A stretch of DNA of 64,000 nucleotides from a virus (taxonomy: Duplodnaviria > Caudoviricetes). The notes under the pieces are model-generated. The model was not told the origin of the DNA, did not search any database, and saw only the letters and a program-made list of their open reading frames with translations. Shown here in pieces: positions 20,822-30,478 of this stretch. Position 1 is the stretch's first letter, and each line of letters begins with the position of its first letter. Location: the IMG/VR virus record IMGVR_UViG_3300021400_000128, positions 32,001 to 96,000 of that record; one strand, given 5' to 3'. The translations under genes were made by a program, and so were the position numbers.

Positions 20822-20952
20822 CTACCCTTTTTTCTTTGCTTCGACCATACGTTCGACGATCCAGGTGGCAGAATTGATCTTCAACTTGCTACTGGAAATT
20901 TCTTCGACCACATCCCAGTCAATGTAGATTCGGGGATGTCTTTCTATTTCAT
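20822..20952 (-). pseudogene. Degenerate small gene (ATG AAA TAG plus a frameshift)
   Basis: Perfect GGAGGTG RBS, stop at codon 3, and a 4-nt deletion relative to the paralogous stretch at 20544-20605. Confidence 0.4.
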
Positions 20953-20965
20953 TTCTCACCTCCCA

Positions 20966-21406
20966 TTAGATACAGGAAACAAGCGCGAACACTTTTTCGA
21001 TTTTCGCCGTCAACTCAGCGTTCTTATCCTGAAGTTCGTGTTTCTGCTTTTCGTACAGGTCAAGCATGAATTTCAGGCTTTCGATTTCGGTTTCGAGATC
21101 ATCAACCTTCTGACGAAGAGCAATGTTATCCTCAGCGATACCGCGAAATTTCCAGTACAGTTCTGAGAACCAGACGTTCACGGTCTTACCAGTGGAAAGG
21201 TTGATCTCAAACCGATCATTCAGGTCGCAGATATAGTCATAATAATGACCTTCAGCAGTTGACCGGTAAATCGGATATCCGGCTCTCTGTGAGCACTCCT
21301 CATCCTTGCTGTAATCAGTTGGGAAAATCTGATCGACGATAGCCCAGGCTTCCTTGCGGCTGTTAACTTCAATGCGGGTTTTGGGTGTGGCGATGGCAGT
21401 GTTCAT
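20966..21406 (-). CDS. Hypothetical early protein with a C-terminal coiled coil
   Basis: First gene after an early cassette; CGGAGG RBS before MNTAIAT. Confidence 0.75.
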   Translation of the reverse strand: MNTAIATPKTRIEVNSRKEAWAIVDQIFPTDYSKDEECSQRAGYPIYRSTAEGHYYDYICDLNDRFEINLSTGKTVNVWFSELYWKFRGIAEDNIALRQKVDDLETEIESLKFMLDLYEKQKHELQDKNAELTAKIEKVFALVSCI

Positions 21407-21409
21407 AAG

Positions 21410-21503
21410 ACCTCCGTGATTCAAATTTGTTTAATCAACTTACATTTATTATTATATTAGTTTTTATATATTTGTCAATGTCTATTATTATTTTTATTAC
21501 ATT
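21410..21503 (-). promoter_or_regulatory. Early promoter cassette 1
   Basis: AATGT-N17-ACATTGACA-N16-TATAAT...ATGTAAGTTGA...TTTGAATCACGGAGG. Confidence 0.85.
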
Positions 21504-21629
21504 GAAATTATTATTTTCGTGGCATTAGGAAAATGATTTTATTGGAGCGTTTTTTATCTTTTATAGCGCATCAGGATTAAATATTTCAGGCTTTTGTTAT
21601 TGAAATGTAAAGTAGTTAGGATAATAAAG

Positions 21630-21659
21630 AAAAACCCCACAGATTCACACTGCGGGGCT
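21630..21659 (-). terminator. Intrinsic terminator ending the tail-chaperone transcript
   Basis: GCCCCGCAG-tgtgaat-CTGTGGGGT-TTTT. Confidence 0.7.
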
Positions 21660-21663
21660 AATT

Positions 21664-21774
21664 TCAATGTCTTTTTGTCATTTGGATTATTAACCATGCA
21701 ATAATAAAGAGAAATCCATAGATCAACATTGATTTATATAATCCAAACAAAAAATTAACGGTTTGGCTGCTCAT
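21664..21774 (-). CDS. 36-aa membrane peptide
   Basis: Manual translation MSSQTVNFLFGLYKSMLIYGFLFIIAWLIIQMTKRH; weak RBS. Confidence 0.4.
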   Translation of the reverse strand: MSSQTVNFLFGLYKSMLIYGFLFIIAWLIIQMTKRH

Positions 21775-21777
21775 AGG

Positions 21778-22104
21778 TCAATCTTCATACAGAACTTTCA
21801 ATCCATAGGACTTGGCGATGAAATGCTCCGCCTGACATCCCCTGGCTTTATCCCATCCACGGCAGAAGTACACGGTATCGACTTTACTCATCGCTTCAAT
21901 AGACTTACCGAGAAAATAGACCGCATTGTGTTGTACGCCCTGTTTCACAAGTTCAGAGTTTTCATATTCTTTGTCGTTAAAAAACGTATTTTCTACGGTA
22001 AATCCATTTTTTTGCAACCACTGAAAAGCTTTGTTCCGTGTCTCAATAATTTCAGCTGAGCTCTTACCGTTCATCGGTTGACTAATCATTGCTCTTTTTG
22101 TCAT
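21778..22104 (-). CDS. DUF4406-like (NDT-fold) protein
   Basis: MISQPMNG...YFCRGWDKARGCQAEH. Confidence 0.75.
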   Translation of the reverse strand: MTKRAMISQPMNGKSSAEIIETRNKAFQWLQKNGFTVENTFFNDKEYENSELVKQGVQHNAVYFLGKSIEAMSKVDTVYFCRGWDKARGCQAEHFIAKSYGLKVLYED

Positions 22105-22744
22105 TTCTTTCCTCCCTTTTACGCTTACTCAGATTCATCAGACTGTTCACGAGATTATTCTCCATCGTCTGTTCATTTTCTTTCTTTGGTAATGCAAAGG
22201 TCTTTTGTCCTTTCTGGATCCGTTTCTTTTCTGATTTTGGCATGTCGCTTGTAATTTTTGTTTGTCTCATACCGACGACATAATTCATGGATGTAGAATC
22301 ACTCATCATCAAACCTTCAAACAAAACAAGAAACTCCCACCAGTGCATATACTCAATTTCCTGTAACCGAATATGATAAAAGGATAAAAATGAACAATAA
22401 ATAAATTTCGCATCGAAAATAAAATCAAAATATGCCGGTTTGGGATGCTCTTTGTTCTTTTGCTTTTCCTTTTTTCTTGCGTCATTCTCTGCTTCAGGAA
22501 ATCCAGAATAGAATTGCAGCAGTGCGCTCAAAAAATCATCTGCATAGATATACTCCTTCGGGTACTCTTTTACAACAAGATCGCAAATTTCTTTAAATGC
22601 TTCGTTTTGGTCTTTGGCAACAGACAAATTCTGGATCATGTATCCTGCTTGTATCCATATCCGAAAGTCTGTATAAATATCAAATGGAATGCCATTTACC
22701 GTAATGGCATCTGGCATCCCATCTGTCAGAATATTCTTCAGCAT
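22082..22744 (-). CDS. Gp15-family tail assembly protein
   Basis: IYTDFRIWI...DAKFIYCSF..Y.I.L....MHWWEFL.LFEGL. Confidence 0.85.
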   Translation of the reverse strand: MLKNILTDGMPDAITVNGIPFDIYTDFRIWIQAGYMIQNLSVAKDQNEAFKEICDLVVKEYPKEYIYADDFLSALLQFYSGFPEAENDARKKEKQKNKEHPKPAYFDFIFDAKFIYCSFLSFYHIRLQEIEYMHWWEFLVLFEGLMMSDSTSMNYVVGMRQTKITSDMPKSEKKRIQKGQKTFALPKKENEQTMENNLVNSLMNLSKRKREERNDKKSND

Positions 22745-22750
22745 TGCTTA

Positions 22751-23143
22751 TCAGCGTCGTGCGCGTCGATTGGTACGGTCAATCATGTCAATGACAGGCT
22801 TAGACCGTTCAGCAAGTTTGTCCATCTTCTTCAGAGTATCTTCATATTCCTGATCGCGGATTTCCTGATATTCAGCCTGATATGCTTCATCAATTGCTTT
22901 GGCAACACGATACATCCAGGTCAGGTTTTCTTTTTTACCATTCGGGAATACCTTCTTCACAGCTTCTTCACCGAGCAGAATCTTCACAAGGTTGTAGCTT
23001 GCTTCGTATGAAGTCATGTTGTCCAGATTGTCATTATGAGCTTGGAGCTTTTCGTCGATCTCGGCTGTACGCTCTGCCACCTCATATTCTTCCCCACCGA
23101 TACGAACAAAGATTTTTTTAGGTTCGTAACTTAAATCAATCAT
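22751..23143 (-). CDS. Tail assembly chaperone
   Basis: Between tail tube and Gp15; GGAGG RBS before MIDLSYE. Confidence 0.7.
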   Translation of the reverse strand: MIDLSYEPKKIFVRIGGEEYEVAERTAEIDEKLQAHNDNLDNMTSYEASYNLVKILLGEEAVKKVFPNGKKENLTWMYRVAKAIDEAYQAEYQEIRDQEYEDTLKKMDKLAERSKPVIDMIDRTNRRARR

Positions 23144-23159
23144 CCTTATCCTCCGTTTC

Positions 23160-23229
23160 TTAAACAAAAAAAGACAGTCATTATTTGACTGCCTTCTTAG
23201 GGTCTTGATGTCTATTTCTTATTTTACCA
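23160..23229 (-). promoter_or_regulatory. Late-leader element 2
   Basis: TGGTAAAAT...AGACCCTAAGAAGGCAGTCA-aataa-TGACTGTCTT, then a T-tract. Confidence 0.85.
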
Positions 23230-23265
23230 TAAAAAATTTCTATTTTATTTTTTTTGACAAGAATA

Positions 23266-23294
23266 AAAAACCGGAGTATATCACTCCGGTTATT
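23266..23294 (-). terminator. Terminator after the major tail gene
   Basis: AACCGGAGT-gatat-ACTCCGGTT-TTTT. Confidence 0.75.
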
Positions 23295-23318
23295 TGTTGG
23301 TTTACTTTGGTTATCTGA

Positions 23319-24107
23319 TTAACCAGCGGTGCCGTTCTGCACAGAGCCAAATCCTTTAACGTAGTTTGCGTTGGAAACTTCCGCAATTGCAAGATATTTT
23401 CCAGAAGCAACTTCAAGTTGATCTGCTCCATCCCAAAATTCCCATCCTTCAACAACACGTTCATTGTAATCAGGAGCTTCAGGCTGTGCATCGAAAACTT
23501 TCCACAGGTATTTATTGTTCTGCGCAGGGTTCGGATTAACATCAACCTTTACCTTACCACTTTCACCAGCTTTAATTGTGATTGTCAGATTTTTAACAAC
23601 CTTTTCAGGCAGTTCACCGTCATCATCAAACTCAAGCGTTTCAAGATTGAAAGTTCCATCAATGAACTTACCGACAACATTCAGATTACCGGACATAGTA
23701 AGTGTTTCACCGCCGCCGCCTTGAATATCAGTCACTTCTACAGCACAAGTGAAAAGACGTGCAGGAACAATTGTAGTAATCGGAGTACCGTCTTCTTCGA
23801 TCTTGAAATCAGTACGCAGATATTCAACCAGAGCATTAGAACCGACTTTACGGTTGCGTCCGATTTCATAAATGGTCATGATTGCTTCCTGATCATTCCA
23901 TACATCAGTATCAAAAGCAAAGCTTGATTCATAACGAGTGATGGAAGGTGATGCTTCGTCCTCATGAATGTACACTTTGCTTTCTACCTGTGCATTCGGG
24001 CTTTCATCGAGACTGTTGAAACCAGTTCCGCAGAGTGCCCATACTTTATTTGCTTTCGTGCCGATATTCAGATAATCGGCAACTGCGCTTCGGGTAAGTA
24101 ATGCCAT
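23319..24107 (-). CDS. Major tail (tube) protein with a C-terminal Ig-like extension
   Basis: YLNIG...GTGFNSLDESPNAQ...YI...GGGGETL...G.F motif; position in the tail module. Confidence 0.85.
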   Translation of the reverse strand: MALLTRSAVADYLNIGTKANKVWALCGTGFNSLDESPNAQVESKVYIHEDEASPSITRYESSFAFDTDVWNDQEAIMTIYEIGRNRKVGSNALVEYLRTDFKIEEDGTPITTIVPARLFTCAVEVTDIQGGGGETLTMSGNLNVVGKFIDGTFNLETLEFDDDGELPEKVVKNLTITIKAGESGKVKVDVNPNPAQNNKYLWKVFDAQPEAPDYNERVVEGWEFWDGADQLEVASGKYLAIAEVSNANYVKGFGSVQNGTAG

Positions 24108-24132
24108 CTGTACCTTCTCCTTTTCCTATGAC

Positions 24133-24203
24133 TTAAAACAAAAAGAAGGCAAATCCTTTTATGGACTGCCTTCTTAGGGTCTTATCCTTTTCTTATTATA
24201 ACA
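24133..24203 (-). promoter_or_regulatory. Late-leader element 3
   Basis: TGTTATAAT...AGACCCTAAGAAGGCAGTCC-ataaa-AGGATTTGCCTTCT-TTTTG. Confidence 0.85.
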
Positions 24204-24267
24204 TATTTAGTTACTGTTTTACATCTTTACTCATACAATGCACTATATTTATATATTTATTAATAGT

Positions 24268-24705
24268 TTATCGTTTCGGCTCCAGATATGTGATCCGACA
24301 ACCGAACAAATATTTAGCCACAGTGTCATCCATTCCTGATATAGCTGGCATGTTCGGCATATTTTCGACCTTTACCACAACGCATCCTTTGAAATAAGGA
24401 TAGTTCTTTTTTTCTTCCTGTTCTTCTATCCATTCCATAAGCTTTTCAGCATCAAACATGATTTCCGCATTCTCTTCACTGTTCACATCCACGGTATTCA
24501 GCGGCATATATTGAATTAAAGAAAAGTCATACGCTTTCAGTTTATCGCCGTTCAGATACACCTTCAGCGCATCGGAAGCGGGGTTTGTCGCAATAGTGAT
24601 ATTGCCATTCTGTGTATCTGAAAAATTAAAGAACAGCCGTTTAATATCTTCATTTTGATATAGCCATTGCCAGACTGCTAAATGTTTGTTCTTACCTTCA
24701 GCCAT
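24268..24705 (-). CDS. Tail terminator/completion protein
   Basis: Immediately before the tail tube gene; typical size and AKY...CRITY ending. Confidence 0.65.
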   Translation of the reverse strand: MAEGKNKHLAVWQWLYQNEDIKRLFFNFSDTQNGNITIATNPASDALKVYLNGDKLKAYDFSLIQYMPLNTVDVNSEENAEIMFDAEKLMEWIEEQEEKKNYPYFKGCVVVKVENMPNMPAISGMDDTVAKYLFGCRITYLEPKR

Positions 24706-24707
24706 AT

Positions 24708-25046
24708 TTAATTCAGATCCATCCCATCAATAAAATTCTGCATTTCCTGAACAAAGTAATCTTTCACCGAGGGCATCGCCACCTCATTCCACTTCGCTGT
24801 AGCTAAAGGGTGTTTATCTTTTCTGAAATTCATTCTCAGGTTGTTGTACACTTTATTCGCATATGGGGCGTTATAGATCACGGCATACGGTCTTATTGTT
24901 ACATCGTTGCAAAGCCGTCCGGTATTGTAAGGAATGTAAGGTTCAACGAGCTTTCGCCACGTTTCAGCTGCATGCTTTCCGATTTCCTGATTACCTTTTA
25001 CTTTGCTGATTATTGCATTCTTATCGAAATTTTTTACAAGGGGCAT
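24708..25046 (-). CDS. Neck/minor capsid protein (A118 Gp10/HK97 gp10-like)
   Basis: PYIPYNTGRL...YNAPYA...HPLATAKW. Confidence 0.75.
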   Translation of the reverse strand: MPLVKNFDKNAIISKVKGNQEIGKHAAETWRKLVEPYIPYNTGRLCNDVTIRPYAVIYNAPYANKVYNNLRMNFRKDKHPLATAKWNEVAMPSVKDYFVQEMQNFIDGMDLN

Positions 25047-25047
25047 A

Positions 25048-25437
25048 TTAGTGTCCTGTTACTTTCAGATGCGCTGTCTGGGTTAATTTTGTATCGTCAG
25101 AAACACCTTCTACGGTAAAACATTTTCCGGCGTACTTTGTTTTGATATCAGATAATCGTGTTCCGTTTCCAACCTCGTCAGTGATTTCACCTTTCACGAT
25201 CAGGTCTTCAGAAGCGACCTCTGCTTCATACTCAGCAGGGATTCTGACAACATACCGCTCTCCTGTAACAAATGAGTTATTTGATACGGATATCGTTTGT
25301 ACTCTATTAAAAAAACAATCTTCGTAAACAGAGCGATTGTAGCTTGTCTTAGGTCGTCCGTACTCATCTTCTATCTCTGCCCGATGATAGATTGTGATCT
25401 TATCATTCCATACAAGATTTCTATAATGACTTCTCAT
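25048..25437 (-). CDS. Head-tail joining (stopper) protein
   Basis: ITIY...YVVRIP...DLIVKG...HLKV; position in the head-tail block. Confidence 0.65.
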   Translation of the reverse strand: MRSHYRNLVWNDKITIYHRAEIEDEYGRPKTSYNRSVYEDCFFNRVQTISVSNNSFVTGERYVVRIPAEYEAEVASEDLIVKGEITDEVGNGTRLSDIKTKYAGKCFTVEGVSDDTKLTQTAHLKVTGH

Positions 25438-25826
25438 CTCAGGCTCCCTAAACTGCATGACAGCAGATAATGACCGTTCGGAGCTTTTTCAAATTGCAGA
25501 TATTCTTCTATCAGGTCATTGATGTGTTTTTCCGCCATATCCAAAGACATGATCGTACCGCTTGCGTAACTAATTGAATATCCGTCATTTCCTTCATGAG
25601 CAATTACCGGAGAATAGTTTTCACTCGCGCTGTCATTATTTCCCATGATACCAATCAGTTCAAACATCAGCCGTTTGACAGGTTCACCGATCTCCTTTGC
25701 ATCGGTAAGTCTGTTAAACGTCCGTCTGTCGATTTTTCGCTTTGCTTTGTAGGCTAAACGATTAAAGACGGTCTCCTCTAATGTTCCACCGTATTTTTGA
25801 TATTCGTCAAAAGTCAGATAGTCCAT
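25434..25826 (-). CDS. Head-tail adaptor (connector)
   Basis: YLTFDEY..YGG...F..L...A...ID..TFNR...E..DGYSISY. Confidence 0.8.
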   Translation of the reverse strand: MDYLTFDEYQKYGGTLEETVFNRLAYKAKRKIDRRTFNRLTDAKEIGEPVKRLMFELIGIMGNNDSASENYSPVIAHEGNDGYSISYASGTIMSLDMAEKHINDLIEEYLQFEKAPNGHYLLSCSLGSLR

Positions 25827-25879
25827 CAGATTCGACCGCCTTCAATGTAAGGAGTTTTGTAAAATGAAACGCCAGTTGG

Positions 25880-27193
25880 TTACGGCAGTTCAATTCCAGT
25901 CAGGTCAGGAGTCACGGTTGTGGTGATTCCGTTCGCGGTCAGGGTGAAGTTGGTAGCACCAGATGCTAATTCCGCGCCTTTTGCGCCTTCCTTCAGTCCA
26001 AACACGAAGTCGAAATACCATGCAGCACCGACTTTCTTCATTTCAGCCTTCGGCAGTGCGTTACCGTTGAACAGTACGCCTTCCGGAGCATCTTTGCTAA
26101 TACCAACACCAGGAATTTCCATACGTCCGGTGACGTAATGGGTTGTGCTCTGATCGAAACCGAGTTCACTCTTCTGAGTTGTACTGATGAGGTTTGCAGT
26201 ACCCTTCAGTGCAAGTGTAGCCGCCCAATTGGTGTCATCGGTGCGGGTCAGAGCGACCTTTCCGGTAATATTGGTGGTATCAAGAGCAACTGAAAGTCCC
26301 GGATAGGAATAAACACCTTCCTGCATACGGGCAAATTTCAGGTTTGCGCCGGTGGTCTTCAGGATAACGACCTTAGATTCATTGGTCATGGCGACGCAGT
26401 AAATCTGGTCTCCGGTGATTTCGGTAGAACGCTTGCGCGGTTTCCGATCCACTTCGATATTGGTATCGCGCTTGATGAAATAGGTCAGAGCGGACAGCTC
26501 GTCACGATGCATCGGATCATTGGTCAGAATGATCGGACTATAGAAGAAGCCACCGACACCGGAAACACGGCGGGACGGAACGATACGCGCATTACCAATC
26601 ATACCGATTTCACCGTTAATCATCACCTGATTGCCGTACTTATTCCGATCAATGAAGTTCGGGTCTTTGCGGAGCGTGGTGACGTTATCCGGGTGTACAA
26701 GCATAATCATATCGATTACGCCTTCAGCCTGGAACAGACCAATAGCATCGATGACGTTTTCATAACTGATTGCGTTATTAGCATTGAACACATTGCTGGA
26801 ATTCAGCAGCTCAACATGAGCATCCTCATCCAGTTTACCGAGAATAGAATCAGCCATGGATGTGGTTGCCTGTCCGACCGGGTTACCATGCGCGGAAAGC
26901 ACCGCGACATCGGAAATTTCAGTACCGATACCCGCCATTTTTACGGTGTAATCGGCACTTTCAGTACCAAGAGCACGAATCGGAATTTCATCACCTTCCG
27001 CGACTTCTTCAGCCTCGCCATCCCAAACAAAACGGGCAACAGTAATAGTACTGCCCGCACGTCCTGTCAGGGTTCGGTCAAGTGTTGCGTAGGGCAGCAC
27101 AGTAATAGCTTTTTCAAGCTTTGCCTGAATCATATCTCCAATGACTTCAGGATCAATAAGTTTGCTAAGAGTAGTCAGTTCATAGTCCGCCAT
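25880..27193 (-). CDS. Major capsid protein (N4-gp56-like) with ~150-aa C-terminal extension
   Basis: LIDPEV...DRTLTGRAGSTITV...VAEGDEIP...GNPVGQA...GEIGMI. Confidence 0.9.
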   Translation of the reverse strand: MADYELTTLSKLIDPEVIGDMIQAKLEKAITVLPYATLDRTLTGRAGSTITVARFVWDGEAEEVAEGDEIPIRALGTESADYTVKMAGIGTEISDVAVLSAHGNPVGQATTSMADSILGKLDEDAHVELLNSSNVFNANNAISYENVIDAIGLFQAEGVIDMIMLVHPDNVTTLRKDPNFIDRNKYGNQVMINGEIGMIGNARIVPSRRVSGVGGFFYSPIILTNDPMHRDELSALTYFIKRDTNIEVDRKPRKRSTEITGDQIYCVAMTNESKVVILKTTGANLKFARMQEGVYSYPGLSVALDTTNITGKVALTRTDDTNWAATLALKGTANLISTTQKSELGFDQSTTHYVTGRMEIPGVGISKDAPEGVLFNGNALPKAEMKKVGAAWYFDFVFGLKEGAKGAELASGATNFTLTANGITTTVTPDLTGIELP

Positions 27194-27206
27194 TTCTCTC
27201 TCCTCC

Positions 27207-27437
27207 TTAGATTACGCAGATTTTTACGCCTCGCTTCGGTTTTTTCTCCACTGTCTTGTTTTGCGTCTCTGTCTCTGCTTTTACTGGTTTTATTTCTGGT
27301 TTCTTTTCTTCAACAACTGCGGGTTCTTCCGCTTTAACAACAATGTCCGGCATGATTACCGGATCTTCTGCAAACACTTCATCCTGAACAACAACAGGTT
27401 CATCCATATCAAGACTGCTTTTCTTAGCCCTTGCCAT
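27207..27437 (-). CDS. Small acidic/Lys-rich head-module protein
   Basis: ORF between scaffold and capsid with GGAGG RBS. Confidence 0.6.
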   Translation of the reverse strand: MARAKKSSLDMDEPVVVQDEVFAEDPVIMPDIVVKAEEPAVVEEKKPEIKPVKAETETQNKTVEKKPKRGVKICVI

Positions 27438-27439
27438 CT

Positions 27440-28294
27440 TTACCTCCCCATCGCTCTCGCGTATTCTTCAGGATGTTCATTGCGATAATTCGCACGTTCG
27501 GCGTATCCCATCTTGTCAAGATCAGCTTTCGTGATCCCTGTTTTCGCTTTCGGTTTATGTTCAGCGGCTTCAACAATGGTGGTTTTCGGTGTGATGTATC
27601 GCTTATGTTCCTTCAGATAGTCCTGTAGGTTTTCGTCAAAGTCGCCATCCATCTGCTCCACTTTGTACTGAACAAATTCCACTGCGTCTCGGTCAACGCC
27701 AGCCTTGATAATGGTGTTCTCGTGCCTGAGTTTTTCAACAGCTTCAAAATTCTCTCGTTTCAACTTTTCAATGGTCTCCTCAAGCTTGTTGTTCTTCACA
27801 CGAAGGACACTCATCTTTTCTTCCATCGTCTGCTGACTTTCACGCCATTTATCGAACTGCTCACGTTCTTCTTTGGAAGGGAGCCTTTTTGCAAGCGCAG
27901 ATTTCAGTGCTTTTTCAAATTCAGCCTGGGTAAAGGTCTTTTCAGATCCTTTTTCCTTATTAGCGGCTTTCACTTGCTTTTCCTTGGCTTTGCGCAGCTT
28001 TTCAAAGAAGGCATCAAGTTCAGCGTCCGTATCTTCGTCGGCTTTTTTCTTTTCCGGTTTATTCGGTTTTTCAGGTTCACTTTCCGGTTCGGATTCCTTT
28101 TCAGGTTCCTCATCGGGTTCATCGTTGGTTTTTGTTTCCGGTTCGTCATCCTGTTCAGCAGGTTCGTTTTCCGGTTCCACGGTTTCTGGTTCTGTCGTTT
28201 CTGTTGGTTCGGTTTCTGTCACTTCAGATTCGATCACTTCATTGACAACAGCATCCAGTTCGTCATCTTCGACGTTTTTATTTTTTTTCGCCAT
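27440..28294 (-). CDS. Capsid scaffolding protein
   Basis: Acidic E/P-rich N-terminus, KTFTQAE motif, coiled coil, KMGYAER...PEEY ending; upstream of MCP. Confidence 0.85.
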   Translation of the reverse strand: MAKKNKNVEDDELDAVVNEVIESEVTETEPTETTEPETVEPENEPAEQDDEPETKTNDEPDEEPEKESEPESEPEKPNKPEKKKADEDTDAELDAFFEKLRKAKEKQVKAANKEKGSEKTFTQAEFEKALKSALAKRLPSKEEREQFDKWRESQQTMEEKMSVLRVKNNKLEETIEKLKRENFEAVEKLRHENTIIKAGVDRDAVEFVQYKVEQMDGDFDENLQDYLKEHKRYITPKTTIVEAAEHKPKAKTGITKADLDKMGYAERANYRNEHPEEYARAMGR

Positions 28295-28341
28295 GATTTT
28301 TTCTCCCGTTTAAAGCCCGTCGGCATGTACCCGATGACGAC

Positions 28342-28415
28342 TTAAAAGAAAAGAAGGCAGTCATTCTCTGACTGCCTTCTTAGGGTCTCATCGTTCGATT
28401 ACTTGTATTATAACA
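28342..28415 (-). promoter_or_regulatory. Late-leader element 4, upstream of the scaffold/capsid operon
   Basis: TGTTATAAT...AGACCCTAAGAAGGCAGTCA-gagaa-TGACTGCCTTCTT-TTCTTTT. Confidence 0.85.
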
Positions 28416-28590
28416 TATTTTTTATATTTAGTGTAATTGTCAATATTTATGACATATTAATTATAAATTTAGTTATTTCTTATTCACTTTATTGATTTTT
28501 AGTAAAAAAAAAACCACTAAATATAGTGGTTATCTGTAAAAGTCGCTATTTCATCATCATTCAGCATACTACCTCGATTCCGATCCTGAA

Positions 28591-28995
28591 TTATGCCGGG
28601 ATAGCAACCCCGGCAGCTTCGATCTTGCGAAGAATGGTTTCCTTGCGGAGCCCTTCGCGGACACCCTTGACGCCCATCTTTTGAGCATAAGCAATCAGCT
28701 CCTGATACACTTTGCAGCCATCTTCAAATCTCTTTTTAGATGCTTCGATTTCTGCAAGGTATTCCTCTTTTGTCATAGTGCAGGATTTAGGAATCCAAAC
28801 TGATTTTGTTCCGTCCCATTCGCCATCAATGCTCGAACATTCGATTAGCACTTTATATGCTTTTTCTGTTTCATGAATCACATCAGCTTGATTCGTGAAA
28901 AAATTCAAGTTATAGTGAAATTCACTTTTTAGATTTAAAAGGAACCATTTTTTTATATAAACTGTCTTAATTTCGGTGTTGGCGTTATTATTCAT
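28591..28995 (-). CDS. Hypothetical early protein
   Basis: After an early cassette; HETEKAYKV...WIPKS motif. Confidence 0.7.
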   Translation of the reverse strand: MNNNANTEIKTVYIKKWFLLNLKSEFHYNLNFFTNQADVIHETEKAYKVLIECSSIDGEWDGTKSVWIPKSCTMTKEEYLAEIEASKKRFEDGCKVYQELIAYAQKMGVKGVREGLRKETILRKIEAAGVAIPA

Positions 28996-29000
28996 GATAC

Positions 29001-29092
29001 CCTCCGTGATTCAAATTATTGTTTTCAACTTACAAATATTATTATATGAGTTTTTATATATTTGTCAATGTTTTATTTAATTTTTATTACAT
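29001..29092 (-). promoter_or_regulatory. Early promoter cassette 2
   Basis: ATGT-N17-ACATTGACA-N16-TATAAT...TGTAAGTTGA...TTTGAATCACGGAGG. Confidence 0.85.
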
Positions 29093-29240
29093 ATTAATAC
29101 AAAGAAAAAGCCCGTATTTCAGGGCAAAGATTACATTACTGCTTCAAAAAGGTGCTTACTGGAGCATAATGAAAAGAATTTCAATAAAATCATTTGGATG
29201 TTTTTTTATAATATCCTTCATTTCATCTCCTTGAATTTTT

Positions 29241-30092
29241 TTAATCCCAATTGAAATTCTTTATTTCCATAACACCTGATGGCTCTGTTATTAATTCATC
29301 TGCAATTTTGAGCATTTCATTTTCAAGCTGCTCATATTTAGGAGATCCCATTTTATATTTTCTTTGCTCCTCATATACTTTGTGCATAACTGTTTCTTTT
29401 ATTGTAAATGAATTTTTTGTGTGAAATTGTACTTCAAAGAGTTTTCCATTTTTATTTTGAAGCGTGACATTAATCCCTTTATATGCCCAAGGCTTTGTCC
29501 AAAAGTTTTTAACTTGTATAAGGTTATATCCGGATTCTTGATATGCCTTTAAAGCTTTATTTACATCTTTACCAAATGATTCACTGTTTACTTCATTGGT
29601 ATAGCGAACAAGATCGTTCATTTGAGATGTGTCATTTTTCCCGGCAAGTCGATTTCTTTTTTGTGTAGCAGATGCTCTTGACTTACGTCTGTTTTTTTCT
29701 CCAAGCAGCGGAGCATGGATCATATCTGAAATTCTTTTAACATCTGCCGTAATTTCAGGTTCATTTTTCATTGCTGAATTGTATTCATTCATAAATGTAA
29801 ACTCATCATTTTTTGAAATGTTATTCATTATTTTATTTCCATCATCATCATAATTATTATTTAATATGTGCTGTATTCGATGTCGATCAATATAATGTTT
29901 TGTTTTGGAATTAATTACCCTTTGTCGTGCTTTTTCCTGTGCCGTTTTCTGTGCTTTTAGTTTTCGCTTGTAATCAGTTACCCTGATATATTTCCTTTTC
30001 ATAGCCGGTTTGCCATCATCTCGTAGTATTGGGTTACCGTCTTTATCTTTTCGGATAACCAGTATCGATTTGTAATCTCTGCTTCCACCCAT
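29241..30092 (-). CDS. MGG-leader protein with a RelA/SpoT-type small alarmone synthetase domain (Apk2/toxSAS-like)
   Basis: RRKS..S...K, DLVRYT, KNFW...YKGIN, FEVQFHT SAS motifs; leader shared with 31515..32612. Confidence 0.85.
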   Translation of the reverse strand: MGGSRDYKSILVIRKDKDGNPILRDDGKPAMKRKYIRVTDYKRKLKAQKTAQEKARQRVINSKTKHYIDRHRIQHILNNNYDDDGNKIMNNISKNDEFTFMNEYNSAMKNEPEITADVKRISDMIHAPLLGEKNRRKSRASATQKRNRLAGKNDTSQMNDLVRYTNEVNSESFGKDVNKALKAYQESGYNLIQVKNFWTKPWAYKGINVTLQNKNGKLFEVQFHTKNSFTIKETVMHKVYEEQRKYKMGSPKYEQLENEMLKIADELITEPSGVMEIKNFNWD

Positions 30093-30104
30093 ATATCACC
30101 TCGT

Positions 30105-30165
30105 TTAAATTAAAAGAAGGCTGAACACACAATCAGCCTTCTTAGGGTCTCTATGGGTAATTATA
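30105..30165 (-). promoter_or_regulatory. Late-leader element 5
   Basis: TATAAT-N9-AGACCCTAAGAAGGCTGA-ttgtgtgt-TCAGCCTTCTT-TT. Confidence 0.85.
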
Positions 30166-30167
30166 AA

Positions 30168-30464
30168 TTATTTTTCGTTATATATCCCGCCCCAAGTTAG
30201 ACCGGGAATATTTGTTGTATTCAATTCTTCTTGTTTATTTACTATCTTCTGTGCCATTTCTTCTGTAATGACATTTATATCGCTGGGCGAATAGTTACCA
30301 TATCCATGCATTGCATCATGAATTGCGCTTCGAAAGTCACGATAATAAGGTCCAGGTTTATCTGCAAGCCATCCTTTTCCGGGAATGTAATATTCATAAG
30401 GATAATCATCATCACTGTCTCGCAGATGAATTACTAAATAACCAAAAAGATAATATTTTTCCAT
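30168..30464 (-). CDS. Putative immunity protein for the SAS toxin
   Basis: 98 aa between the HD hydrolase and the SAS; YY...GW..D...ITEEMA pattern. Role inferred from context. Confidence 0.5.
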   Translation of the reverse strand: MEKYYLFGYLVIHLRDSDDDYPYEYYIPGKGWLADKPGPYYRDFRSAIHDAMHGYGNYSPSDINVITEEMAQKIVNKQEELNTTNIPGLTWGGIYNEK

Positions 30465-30478
30465 ACAATTTCTCCTTT

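Noticed and set aside
22082-23143. Programmed frameshift between the tail chaperone genes
   Set aside because: The ORFs are in the same frame, separated by TGA TAA, and no convincing slippery heptamer was seen.
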